Part shown: piece after piece, positions 12,431 to 23,871 of the stretch | How the letters are laid out: every line of letters begins with the position of its first letter | How positions within the stretch are numbered: the stretch's first letter is position 1 | NCBI GenBank assembly: GCA_051942245.1 | Contig: JAVECL010000001.1 | Location: forward strand, 62,001-126,000 | DNA length: 64,000 nucleotides | Origin: Trypethelium eluteriae | Taxonomy: Eukaryota | Direction: 5' to 3' | The notes under the pieces: generated by a model | Told to the model about the DNA's origin: nothing | Database searches by the model: none | The model's input: only the letters and a program-made list of their open reading frames with translations | Made by a program: the position numbers and the translations under genes

Positions 12431-13354
12431 ATGGCCGACTCTTCCGACGTCAACACGAGTGCTTCAGATGAGTCGCCAGCTCAACGCCAAGCACGTTTGC
12501 GCCGTGAGCGCCGACAGCAGAAGGTCACTTCCGGAGGAAAGGATCGCCTCCAGGCTATTGCAAGCTTGAGTGGGCGGACGGTCGCACAAATGGATGAAGG
12601 TACAAGGCGTCTTTCAAACTACAGAGCGACCTAAGAGAATCAGATTCTAACTATCTTGAAAACCATAGCTTCGGCAGCCGCAAACACTGCACAACAGCCC
12701 ACTGCAGTAGATGATCCTGATGAGGTGGACATTTCCAGACCGTTCGCCGGCCAACCTCTTTCCAGGAATGAGAGTCCGGCACAACCCTCTGTGACAGAGA
12801 ACATGAATGATCCAACAATGCGTCTGATGCAACAAATGCTGGGCTCTGATCCTAGTAATCCAAGCAATTTGAATCAGCCAGACGCGAACGATCCCATGAC
12901 ACGTCTGATGCAGCAGGTCATGTCCGGGCAGGAAACGAAGCAGCAGGCGCCACCGAGCAATGGCGGGTACATGTGGCGACTCGTCCATTCTCTCTTTGCC
13001 TTGACGCTAGCGCTCTATATCGCGTTGTCGAGCACTTTCAATGGTTCCAAGCTCTCGCGGTCGACCATAGTCTCTGATAGTGAGTTGGGTGGTGGGGTCA
13101 CTCTTCGACTCTTCTGGATGTTTGCAACTGCCGAGCTGGCATTGCAGAGCACGAGATATTTTGTTGAAAAAGGGCGCCTTCCAGAGACCGGATGGTTGGG
13201 AATGGTTGGTAATGTACTACCGGAGCCGTTCAAGAGCTATGTGGCGATAATGGCACGGTACGGGGTTATGTGGACCACCGTCGTGAGCGATGCTATGGTA
13301 GTTGTGTTTGTGCTTGGTGCTCTAGCTTGGTGGAAGGGGAAGGTTGCAACCTAG
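12431..13354 (+). CDS. GET2: GET complex subunit Get2 / Sif1-like ER membrane insertase, 2 exons
   Basis: N-terminal ARLRRERRQQKVTSGGKDRLQAI motif, intron 12600-12668, DPM/QQM repeats and three C-terminal hydrophobic helices. Confidence 0.75.
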
Positions 13355-13568
13355 CTAGACCGCAGCAGAGATACCCATTTATAGAGCGTTGAATCTTTTG
13401 TACAAATGACGAAGGTTTCTAGATATACGACACGCCATTCCATGCACCAAACTCTCCGATGCTTTGGGGAGAGCCTTCGGACTCTTGGTCTGGGAAAGAT
13501 TGTATTGGACTCGTCCTCCCATAACGATGCCAAGGCTAGGTGTTCTTTGCCACGAGCGGCAAGCATTA

Positions 13569-14371
13569 TTATCCAGTCTGCAGTCTTTCTACTTCTCCCC
13601 TCGCCTGCATTAGTCTTGCCTCTTCAGCCTTCCTGTCTCTCATCACACTGGCCATCAATTGCCGATCTTTCTCACTACGGTTTCTCTGGTCTTCCAGCTC
13701 TGCTATCATCGCCTCATCCTCAGGAGTCGGCGAAATTTCTATAGCTTTCGTCACTTTCACCAATTCCTGCAGGATTTGCGTATCGGTGCGGTGTTTCATA
13801 TCGATGCTATCTGTACGCTCAAATGGGTCATGATCAGGTGATACGGAGGTCGATGTGGTTGAGTTTGTAGGCGCCGGAGATGCGGTGGGCGAACCTGAAG
13901 AGGGTTTCGGTGCATAGAAGAGAGTGAGTGTTGCCGGTGCTGACTGATCTATGGTGCGATCGACGGTCATGGACACGGCAGGATTGTGGTATTTTAGACG
14001 AGGAAGGCAATGACGCCAGAATTTCCTAGGGAAGCAATTGTGTTAGACAAGATATACCGTCTCGACGAGATTAACAGAAAGAGAATAATCTTGGGTGGAT
14101 CAAATTCACGGGACTGATTACCGTGGTCCCATGTGTCCGTCATTGATTTTGGATGCAAACGACAGGTGAATTCTTTTGACGTCTTGAGGCAGGACTAGAG
14201 CTCCGGGACCGAGTCGAACTGCAAGAAGCTGAAAAGATCAATTAGTGGTGAATGGGGTACATGCGGAAGATGTGTGTACTTTCTGTATAATCGTTAGTGG
14301 CGTGACAATATTGATATTGATGGAAATCTCACAGTTCTCAGCTTGCGCATGCGCTGAAGCACGCTGACCAT
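13569..14371 (-). CDS. MRP49: Mitochondrial ribosomal protein mL61 (Mrp49, L51/S25/CI-B8 domain), 4 exons including a 3-nt micro-exon
   Basis: Exons 14371-14333, 14282-14280, 14228-14122 and 14025-13569 give MVSVLQRMRKLRT-K-LLAVRLGPGALVLP..GHMGPRKFWRHCLPRLKYHNPAV. Confidence 0.85.
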
Positions 14372-14529
14372 TCTTCATAAGATGGGCAGACAACCGCCAA
14401 GTTGATGATGGATGGGTTCGAATTATTACAATGGCGGTACACGGAAAAGCTAGCTCAACTGCGACTAGCTTGAATAGTTTCATGGCATGCGCGTTGCGCA
14501 TACAGTATCACCGTACGTTAAACGTGCAC

Positions 14530-14566
14530 GCGACATGCCTGGCTAGCGACATGCCTGGCTAGCGAC
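14530..14566. repeat. 16-bp perfect tandem repeat (about 2.3 copies) in the MRP49/ARMH3 divergent promoter
   Basis: gcgacatgcctggcta twice, followed by gcgac. Confidence 0.9.
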
Positions 14567-14656
14567 GTCAGCCTCGATTCTGCAGATCTCGTCCGGAGTG
14601 CCCCTCTATCATCTCATTACCCGGCCATTGGCTCGTCCCTTCCCTTCTTACGAGGC

Positions 14657-16849
14657 ATGGAGCAGTCGCCTCTAACACAGCAATCCCGGCCCGAGAGCTT
14701 CAAGCCAAAAATTGTCCACCTGTATGAGGCACTCTTCGCCGAAGTGAGATCAGCTGAGTGATTCCAACTCATACTATTCCAGACTGACGCCGGCCTAGAC
14801 TGAAGACGACCATGAACAATCTGAAGGGTTTTGGCAAGAGCTGTTTCTCTTGAACCCCAGTCCGCCAGGTTTGCAGCGCATTCTTGCAGACCTCAGTCCA
14901 GAAGATCTCTTACACCTCCAAGTAAGTTGATAAGACCTCAGGAGCCTGTCTTACTCAAGCTGATCCTCCAAGCACTCTTCCCACCGGCTTCTGCAAGAAG
15001 CCATCGTCCGTGTCAAAGATGGCAAAGATCCAACTGACGAAACCGCCCTCGATGTAAGCCAGCCACATAACGCTCCTGGATTACCCGTCAACTTACGGCT
15101 CAGACTTTGACAGTCTTCTTAGGCAGCGTCCTGACAAAGAAGTACACCAATCCAAGCTCAGATACAATTGCAATAATAGCTGGATTGGATGACGTTGATA
15201 GCGTCTTTGCAGATTTTGTGGCTACTCTAGATGGCGTTATTCGCAGCGGAAGGAGTGGTAAGGCAGATATGTGCAAGCGTACATAAATATGATGCTGAGC
15301 GTTATCAGTCCAGGTCCGGAAAAAGGCTATTACAACGGCCTTGACACTCATATCAGGAGCTTACCAGACTAGCCTAATAAGCTACTTTACCCAGCGCGAT
15401 CTCTTTCCGTCATTGATGAAGGTATGCCGCCTCGACATGTGTCCGGACACGACGCTGAGTTCAGGCCCAGTTTGTCCAAGAGACAGAGGACCCCTCGCAA
15501 ACAGCAGAGCCTTTTATACTCCTAGGACTACTTGCCAACTATAACAAATATGAATTCCAAAACCCCTATCAATTACGACTGGACGATTTTGTCAACGATA
15601 CCGCAATCGGAAAGATCGCTCAAGGTGTCGGTTGCATATGTAGGTCTGCAAGAGATCGATACCTTGCAATACAAAACGATCTTCCGGAGAGCTGGAGTTT
15701 TGGCAACACGCTTGGCTACATTGGCCTCGGCGCTTTGGCCGGAAGGCAATCCACATCCACAGCACCGAGTAACGAAGAAGCGAAGATACTGTTTAACGCC
15801 CAGTACGTGTGCATGCTTATGTTCGCATCGTAGCTGATCCACGTAGGCCATCACCCAGCGCAGCGATCCTTCTTGCGACGTATGACTTTGTCAATTCAAA
15901 CAAGCTCTTCTGCTTCAACCTAGTAACCCTGTCGTCTCTTGACAAATCCGAGCCTTCTCCATTTGGCTCTTTCCTATCTTTCACTTCATACCTTTTCCAG
16001 CATGCTTTTCGATCGCCACGTGCTTCCTTATATGGATACCTGACGCTGTTCATTCTTCAAAACCTTGTTGAGGATCAGGTCCTGGCCAAACGAATGTGCA
16101 CAGACGAGGGAAGAGTCGCCGTGCGACTGTGCCGGCAGCGGCCGCCACAACTTCCGCTTATCAAAGACCATCGCATCGCAGCTTTGGTAATTTTGGACAT
16201 TATGGTGGACGGCATAAATCATAACCTGCGCCGGAAGCTTGATACCCAATTTTTTATCCTTTCCATTGGCATTATGTTACGACTGATTTCTTTTCTTAGC
16301 CGATCTCGGTTCCGGCTACCATATCATTGGTCGGAGCTTTGGCGTTCGTTGCTATCGTTCCTTCGCTTTCTCACTACCTACTCAGCCGACATCATCACTC
16401 TTTCTGGAGCTCGTCAACTTATAGACGATCTCGTCAGTCTCATCGTGCTGGCTCTTTCATGTGGCGAATCATTCCTCCCTGATACTGCCTCCTATGATGA
16501 TCTTTTCTATAAAATCGTCGAGACTGGCGATATATTGATTAAGTTCCGCGACGCCTATAATCTCTCGCAGCACGCTTCGTCAAATTCGGTCGAAATTCTG
16601 ATCAATGTGTCGAACCATTACTATAGGTTGCTTGAGAGTGAGAAAGGGAAGCTTCGAAATAAGCACCTTGGGCCACGTCAAGTCAGTAAAGTCATCAAAG
16701 AAGGCTACGAAGGCCTGTCGATCCAGAGAAAAGAAGATTTGGATCATTGGGAGCGATTCCGAGAGGCTGACCACAAGACGGTGCTGAAAAGGATAGCAAG
16801 AGTGGCTGTTCTGGACGTGCAATCTCTCATAAGAGAGAAGGAGAATTAA
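14657..16849 (+). CDS. ARMH3/DUF1741 (C10orf76-like) armadillo-like helical protein, about 7 exons
   Basis: MEQSPLTQQSRPESFKPKIVHLYE start. GT-AG introns near 14744, 14921, 15054, 15258, 15422 and 15803. C-terminal LCRQRPP, YHWSELWRSL and SYDDLFYKIVE motifs. Confidence 0.8.
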
Positions 16850-17405
16850 GTGAATCTCCTAGCTCTTTTCATTTAGCCACTCCTATCCCAAAACAGCCGA
16901 AATCAAATTCGAGACATGTTAAGTTTCCATAATATGCTGTACCTTCAGATCTCCTAGTCTGTTAAAGGCTCCACCGATAGATTTGCCCGTTATCGATTGG
17001 AGAAACTGTTACCGGTTCGTCATTCGAAGACATCCGCACTTAGAACGTCAACAGTCCGTCCAGTGTGAAAAAGCTGGTCGAGCATGAGTACCAGTCAACC
17101 AATAATGAAGGGGCTGAACAGTGATATCGCTCACGGCAGGCTCTTAGCGGGAGTTTAAGTAGCTTTAGTGTGGATTGTTCCGCATTTGTAATTCTCGACG
17201 AGAAATCCTTCTAAAAATTATGTATAGGGGAGAAGTCTTGTCCTAGCGATGTTTGATTACTCTCCTGAAAGGTTAAGTGAACAAAGTCTGATTGGTTCTC
17301 TTACAGAGATAGAGAAACTTTTTATCACCATTGAAGGCTCTAACGATGGAATGAGTCTGAAATTTAAGGCGCCCCGTTTAGTTGTGCTTCTTCAGGAAAA
17401 GGCCT

Positions 17406-18332
17406 TCAATCATGCTTCTGTACGAAACCCAGCACCTTCCTTACGAAATCCTCCGGATTCTCCTCCGCTGTCCAGTGCCCACTACCCTGTACCGTGATAA
17501 CCTCCCACTGCTCGTAGAATTGCCGCGTCTGTGCCTCTGCTACTTCTAGCAACAGGCTCCTATCTCCATCCAGCGCCGCAGCGGGTATTCCACACTTCCC
17601 GTTCTTCTTCAACCACTGCAGATTATCCTCCGCATCCTGCGGGAATGCCCGATACAGCTCAAATCCACACCTCATTGCACCCGGCATCGCGAAATTCGTC
17701 GCATAATGCTCGAGATCGCGCGATGTGATGCCGGCCGGGTTGACGCAGAGCCGGTCGTAGAAGTGCTTGAGATAGATCTTCTCCCGTCCGTAGACCAATG
17801 CCTCTGGAAGATCGAGCTGCTGCTGGAACGTGAAGTGCCACATGCCTGGGCTGTACTTGAAGCCAGATTCATATGGATCAGCGCCAGGCAGCGGACATTC
17901 GCCCCACATGACGGATTTGGTATCCGAGGCATGATGCAAAGCATAGGCATGAGCAATCATGCCCCCAATATCTTAGCCAATGACGTGGATTTTGTCTTTG
18001 ATACCAAGGACGGAATAAACGAGGGTATGGAGGTCATTCGCGATGGTAGTCTTATCAAAGCCGGTTTTGGGATGGGAAGATTCACCGGCACCACGGTAGT
18101 CAGGAGCTATGACTCGGTACCCTGCATCAGAGAGAGGTGTAATGACGTGCCGAAATTGATAGGAGGTCTGGGGAAGCCCGTGAACTAAGAGGATAGCACC
18201 AACAGCCGGTTTGGGGGGCAAGCAGTCGATGTAATGGAGGCGGATGGAACGAGATGCATCGAGAAAGACATTTCCGTGCTCCCAACGTGTGTCATCAATG
18301 GCGACGGGGTTGAGCGTGGCGCGACCAGCCAT
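17406..18332 (-). pseudogene. Soluble epoxide hydrolase / haloacetate dehalogenase-like alpha/beta hydrolase interrupted by one in-frame TAA (17975-17973)
   Basis: ORFs 17973..18356 and 17406..17960 are in the same frame: ..HVIG-TAA-DIGGMIAHAYA... HGLPQ oxyanion motif, APDYRGAGES and catalytic-His motif GSGHWTAEENP are intact. Intronless. Confidence 0.8.
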
Positions 18333-18839
18333 ATTGATGTCGCAAAGAGGTGACAAGCTCTGTGTCGGTCATTGGGCGTTCGAAGCAACGAGGCAACGCC
18401 CTTGGATACACAATTTGCACAGCTGCTTGCACTACTTCTCATATGGTATTTGAGATAACTTTCTGGGTTAATATTCCATGCGACCAGAGGAGATAAATAG
18501 ACTCGTATGATCGCCGCATGATGTCATCGTGCGGAGCTGGCGATCAGAGCGTTATTTGGGAGCGCCTCCATCTGACTTGGCGATATTACACTCCAAATCA
18601 AGCTGAAGCTAATTTCTTCGAATGCTCAGTGATATCAGGAGGGTCGATGTAATCCAAAGACTGAGGTGTGCCGATCCTAAGTCCGTGTCTACAGAGCTCG
18701 CGATGCCACACATTGCGACTTGGCAAACTCCAATGGCTCACAGGCGCCAGCCTGAAGTTCCTGTGTTTCCTTTGGCATGTACATTGTCCCTGGTAGTTAG
18801 GCTAGTATAGAGTCAATGCAATCATCAGTTCGAATTACG

Positions 18840-20513
18840 TCAAACATTCTTTCTCGCGAACCTCGCCAGAGCCGGTCCAAAATCATCTTCCTGTTGCTGC
18901 CGATTAAGATCTGCTTTCTTCCTCTGCTGTTCGACTAGCGCTTCGATCCGTAGCCGCTTGGCATCGATAATGTTTTTGCCGCTTTTTTTCCTCAGATAAC
19001 GCTTCAGAGCACTGTTCTTTCCTTTGCCTTTCTTTTTCAATCTTGCAACGATCTCTGCAGGAGTCTGAGTGGCTTCCAGTTCTCGCCTCCGTTGATCAGC
19101 AGGCGCGAGGTCTACATTTCCGATGAAGTTAGGATCCAATGATATCATCTCAGGTTGTAGTTTATTGAGGAGCCCTTTGACCTCAGCTTCCTGGCGCTGC
19201 TTGACTGTTTCAAATGGATTAACTTCCAGAGCGTCGAAGTTAGGCTCTCCAGCACCGGGAACAAGAATACTGGAAAAGCCCTTGTCATGTGATATGCCAA
19301 GGACATCTTCCAAAGGGCACCAACGTGCGCGACAAATGGTGTTGCCTTCACCACCCCAATTCATATACGGAAGGTGTACCCTCTGCTGATCATCGTTGGA
19401 TTTATTGAAAACGTCTTTCCAGATGGTTACGCTAGTTCCCCAGCTCACAGACGTCAGACCACGGTCGCTGATAGCGATAGAGGAGCCAGGCTGTCGCATG
19501 CCGTAATTGTCGACTTCTTTGAAGTTTCGAATGTCCCAAATTGACATGCGTAAATCTTGTCCTGTCGAGACCATGTATCGACCTTCCCGATCCATTGCAA
19601 GAGCTCGGACGGGACCACGATGGGCGAGAAGCTTTACAAGTGGAGTAGATGAATTGGGAGACCAGAGACTGACAGTTCCATTTTGATGGCCAACATGACA
19701 AACTGCATTATACGGGTTTTGGGCGAATGCGGTTGGGGTACCTTTCTTCGTGGGTAGCTCTATGACCGTTTGGCCCGTGGATGTGTCCGTGTATTTCAGA
19801 TAGCCTGCGTTGCCAATGGTTGCGAGCAGAAAGTGATAGGGCAAAAATTCCATATGTGTGACATCGATGTGATTTTGCAGCTTATGAATCTCCACACCTG
19901 CTCGGTCATATATGTAAACGTATTTTTTTTGCGCAACAGCAAATGATTGGTTATTGTGCAGCCACTTCACATCGCGAACACTCTCACCCAGATTGAGCTC
20001 ACAGCCCAATTTTCCACTTCGCCAGTCCATGGTAGCGATATGCCCAAGCCGACCGCCCAGCAGCAAGTCACGACCGTTGCGAGTGTAATCGAAGAGGTAA
20101 GGTCCCATTTGGTCAAGCTTCAAATCAAACCCTTTTTTGGCCGTTTCCCTAGTCGCGTTTTCCTTGATCTCATTTTGTCGGATCTTATAAGTCCTCTCCA
20201 GCTCGCCTTCTGGTTGCAAAAAACCAGCGTCATTCTCCAGCAGTATTTCCGCGTCCTTAGCTTTAACCGTGGCATCTTTATATTTGGTCTCAAGAGTGCG
20301 TAGGCTTCCTCGGAGCTTTTTGTCTTTGATCTTGCGTGTCTCTATTTTACGACCCCGACCATAGGTTTTGTGGGCCTCCGCTGCCCTTCTCTTCGCTCCT
20401 GCTGTCTCTGCAGCGGGTTTGGCAGTTGAGGCGTGGGCTTTCCGTGATGTAGGCTGGGCACTAGTGATATTGGGATTGGCCTGCCGTTCCACCTCCGTCT
20501 GTCCTGGCTCCAT
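18840..20513 (-). CDS. UTP7: U3 snoRNP/SSU processome WD40 protein Utp7 (WDR46/BING4)
   Basis: MEFLPYHFLLAT, HVGHQNGTVSLWSPN and BING4CT motif LVPGAGEPNFDALEVNPFET. Confidence 0.95.
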   Translation of the reverse strand: MEPGQTEVERQANPNITSAQPTSRKAHASTAKPAAETAGAKRRAAEAHKTYGRGRKIETRKIKDKKLRGSLRTLETKYKDATVKAKDAEILLENDAGFLQPEGELERTYKIRQNEIKENATRETAKKGFDLKLDQMGPYLFDYTRNGRDLLLGGRLGHIATMDWRSGKLGCELNLGESVRDVKWLHNNQSFAVAQKKYVYIYDRAGVEIHKLQNHIDVTHMEFLPYHFLLATIGNAGYLKYTDTSTGQTVIELPTKKGTPTAFAQNPYNAVCHVGHQNGTVSLWSPNSSTPLVKLLAHRGPVRALAMDREGRYMVSTGQDLRMSIWDIRNFKEVDNYGMRQPGSSIAISDRGLTSVSWGTSVTIWKDVFNKSNDDQQRVHLPYMNWGGEGNTICRARWCPLEDVLGISHDKGFSSILVPGAGEPNFDALEVNPFETVKQRQEAEVKGLLNKLQPEMISLDPNFIGNVDLAPADQRRRELEATQTPAEIVARLKKKGKGKNSALKRYLRKKSGKNIIDAKRLRIEALVEQQRKKADLNRQQQEDDFGPALARFARKNV

Positions 20514-21080
20514 ACTGTCAGTCTCATCTGCCAGCTCCCGTGGTGGGTGTAGAGATGTCGTGCGACTTCATATAGAAAGGCCGACTATTCGTACAAGCCG
20601 CATCCAACTGGCAAAAAATCCCTGTCGAGACTTGAAGCCGACAATCATCCGGCAAGACAGGAACAACAAGGCTCGGACCGGCATTGACCCGATGCGCGCT
20701 CCGTTGGTGGCTGGTGGTGTAATGTAGAAGACACATCGAACCCTGGCAAGCTTTGAAGGAACAATGAATGGTCTCTCCCTCGATAATACTTCTTGCGAAA
20801 GGATAGGCTTGGTACCGATCTTTTCAGTCTAATTATTGCTTGGGATTACCATTGTCTTGCAGAGCCGCACGGCAAGCGCTAGCCGAATTTTAACACTTTT
20901 GCCATCAGTGCCAAGATTTCGCACACTATCGATAAAGAGTCCCTGCGGGTTCTATTCATACGGCAAATTTCAACCAGCCACAGACTCAACCTTTGACATT
21001 AGCTTCCTTAGTGAAGAGCATAGTGAAGAGCATCCTTTATGGAAGCACCGCTTCCATTTCGTTTCAAAGCAGGCGGAGCT

Positions 21081-23587
21081 ATGCTTCCCACACAACACCA
21101 CCATCGCCATACCACTAAAGTAACGAACAAACCGTACAAATCCCGGCATGCCACCAAAAATGCCCTCAGAGATATTTCCAAAGGCAAAGTTGAGATAGGG
21201 GATAAGACCTCCCGCAAGACTCGTCATCAACAAATCATGTCGAAGTTCGACCGTAAAAACCAAGCCAAGCAAAAGCGCCAAAATGAACGACACGCGCTCC
21301 ATGAGCAGACGACTATTTTCAGCCCCAAAATTGGCGCACCCCGTATCGTGGCTGTCGTACCGCTTCATCCCACTGCCTCTGCTGCTGCCGCGATTGCTCG
21401 TATCAATGAAAGCTGTAAAATCCATGAGGAGATTCCAGCGGTTGGATCGATCTGCATCAAAATTCCGGCCCATAGGACGTCCGTCCGCTACATGGCCCTA
21501 CCTCCGAAAGATTTATTCGCTACTTTGGATGCCTGTCGGGTTGCTGACTTCGTCATTTTTGTCTTGTCAGCGCAAGAAATGCTGGATGATTTCGGTGATC
21601 TTGTACTCACAGCGGCAAAAGCTCAGGGGATATCTCACTTCATGATGGCAACTCAAGTATGTTTCTCAAGTATATCGATCAGCAACCAAGTCCGCTAATG
21701 CGACGACTGGAGGGTTCACTTGTCATGGATTCACAAAATAGGAAACCTGCTGCCACAGAGACAGTCCAGATGTTCATGAAACAGCGTTTTCCCGAACAAG
21801 ATAGGCTTCGATGTCTGGACGTATCGCGTGACTGTGCGACAATCATGCAATGGATTTGTTCAAAATCACCAAAAGGCGTGTCGTGGAGAGACAATAGAAG
21901 TTGGATGTTCATCGAAGGCCTCGAGTGGAGTGAGGTCGGTATAGCTCACAATGAGACGGATAGTTCTGCCGAAGTCAAGGTCACGGGTACTGTCAGAGGT
22001 CGAAATCTCAGTTCGAACCGGCTGGTTCATTTAGGCGATTGGGGTGATTACCAAATTGACAGGATCACAGCGGCGCCTATAGAAAAGGTCGGCCGAGAAA
22101 AGGACTCAATGGAAATCGATTCGTCACAAGGGAAAATCTTGGACAACCCCACAAATGACCAAGAGGATCTTGCAGAGCTAGCACCGGAGGAGATCACTAT
22201 GGAAGAAGCCGAAACCCAGGTATACTCAATTGCCCCTTCAGAAAGGAAAGGTGTCCTTCTTGACGATCATCACTACTTTGATGAGGATAAGGAAGATGGG
22301 CCGGAGGTGCCGAGACGTCTACCACGGGGCACTTCAGAGTACCAATCCGCCTGGTACCTTGGAGATATCTCTGATTCTGGCTCAGACATGGAGGATGTGG
22401 ACGATATCGCAGGCGGAGTCAGTATTGATGGTTCTACACATCCCGCAGAAGGGCGGGATGGTCCAGTCGATTACGATCAACCGATGACTGAGGCAGGACC
22501 ATCAGAATATCCACAGTCTGAGGTATTCCTCGACCCTTCACCAGACGAGGAGGAGGAACAAATTGCTGCGTACCGCGCCCAAAGAAGAAAAGAAGCGGAA
22601 GACAATCTCGACTTCCCCGATGAGATCGAATTGCATCCAAATGTCCTCGCAAGAGAGCGCCTAGCACGGTATCGAGGGTTGAAAAGCCTTCGAACCAGCC
22701 ACTGGGAGACAGAAGAAGACAGATTCTATGAGCCAGAAGAATGGCCCAGATTGCTCGAAATTGGAAACTATAAGGCTGCCAAGAACAGATTCATCAAAGA
22801 GGCTCTGGTCAACGGGGTCAAGCCGGGTACTCGTGTGCACGTCTACCTTCGGAACGTTCCTGTTACTCTACAGAATTCAGAAGCCTCGCCTCCCGTCTCA
22901 CTTTTCTCCCTTCTGCGTCACGAACGGAAACATGCTGCGGTCAACTACAACATCACTCTTAATTCCGCATACCCGACTGAGCTCAAATCCAAAGACGAGC
23001 TTATTCTACAATGTGGACCTCGACGCTGCATTATCAATCCTCTTTTCTCTCAAGCTGGAGATACGCCCAACGACGTTCACAAATTCGAGCGCTTCCTCCA
23101 TTCCGGCCGCAGTGCTATAGCATCTTTCGTTGGTCCTCTTACCTGGGGTCCCACACCTGCACTGTTTTTCAAACGCATGGCTCTCCCACCTTCAGTCAAC
23201 GACGGCACTGACAATGGTGTTACCCACTCAACGGCCTCGTCCTTTTCGCCATCTGATGGAATCGCACTCGTCGCTACTGGCACATCACTCGCTCCCTCTA
23301 CTAGTCGCGTTATTGCCAAACGGATCATCCTCACAGGTCATCCATATAAAATTCACAAGAAGCTTGTCACCGTGAGATACATGTTCTTTAATCCCGATGA
23401 CGTGCAATGGTTCAAAGCGCTGCAGTTGTGGACGAAGAGAGGACGAGTAGGTCATATCAAGGAAAGCTTAGGCACGCATGGATACTTCAAGGCAACGTTC
23501 GACGCGAAGGTCAACCCAATGGATGCTGTTGCAATTAGTCTGTACAAGAGGGTATGGCCAAGGAGGGCCCGCCTTTTCACGCAATAG
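21081..23587 (+). CDS. TSR1: Pre-40S ribosome biogenesis factor Tsr1, 2 exons
   Basis: HHHRHTTKVTNKPYKSRHATK start and intron 21657-21712. Motifs LVHLGDWGDYQI, FPDEIELHP..ARERLARYRGLKSLRTS and IKESLGTHGYFKATFD. Confidence 0.95.
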
Positions 23588-23871
23588 GTGACGAAAGTAG
23601 TTTCATGTTTAAAAGATATTTTTCAAGCTCCATTCGCATGCAACGAGTGTGAATTTCCGTGTCCATTACCGCGAATAACTATTCCGGAGGACCGCAGAGG
23701 AAGGCATAGAATACATTGCGAGAATATATCCCGCTAGGTGTGAGCCTTGTTGCTCAACTAATATTCCCACCCATGCTCCATTCACCGAGAAACTTGCCTT
23801 CTTCGCCTATAGTACACGCCCGAGCCCACTGTAAAACCCCACGCCAAAGCTCCGGCGGAAATGTCATTGAG

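Noticed and set aside
17973..17975. Genetic-code reassignment of TAA as an explanation for the hydrolase stop
   Set aside because: TAA terminates several conserved genes in this window (hxA, ARMH3, MRP49, MRPL24).
20560..20820. Possible structured ncRNA between UTP7 and TSR1 (B-box-like GGTTCGA on the minus strand)
   Set aside because: No tRNA cloverleaf, SRP, RNase P/MRP or snRNA consensus could be assembled.
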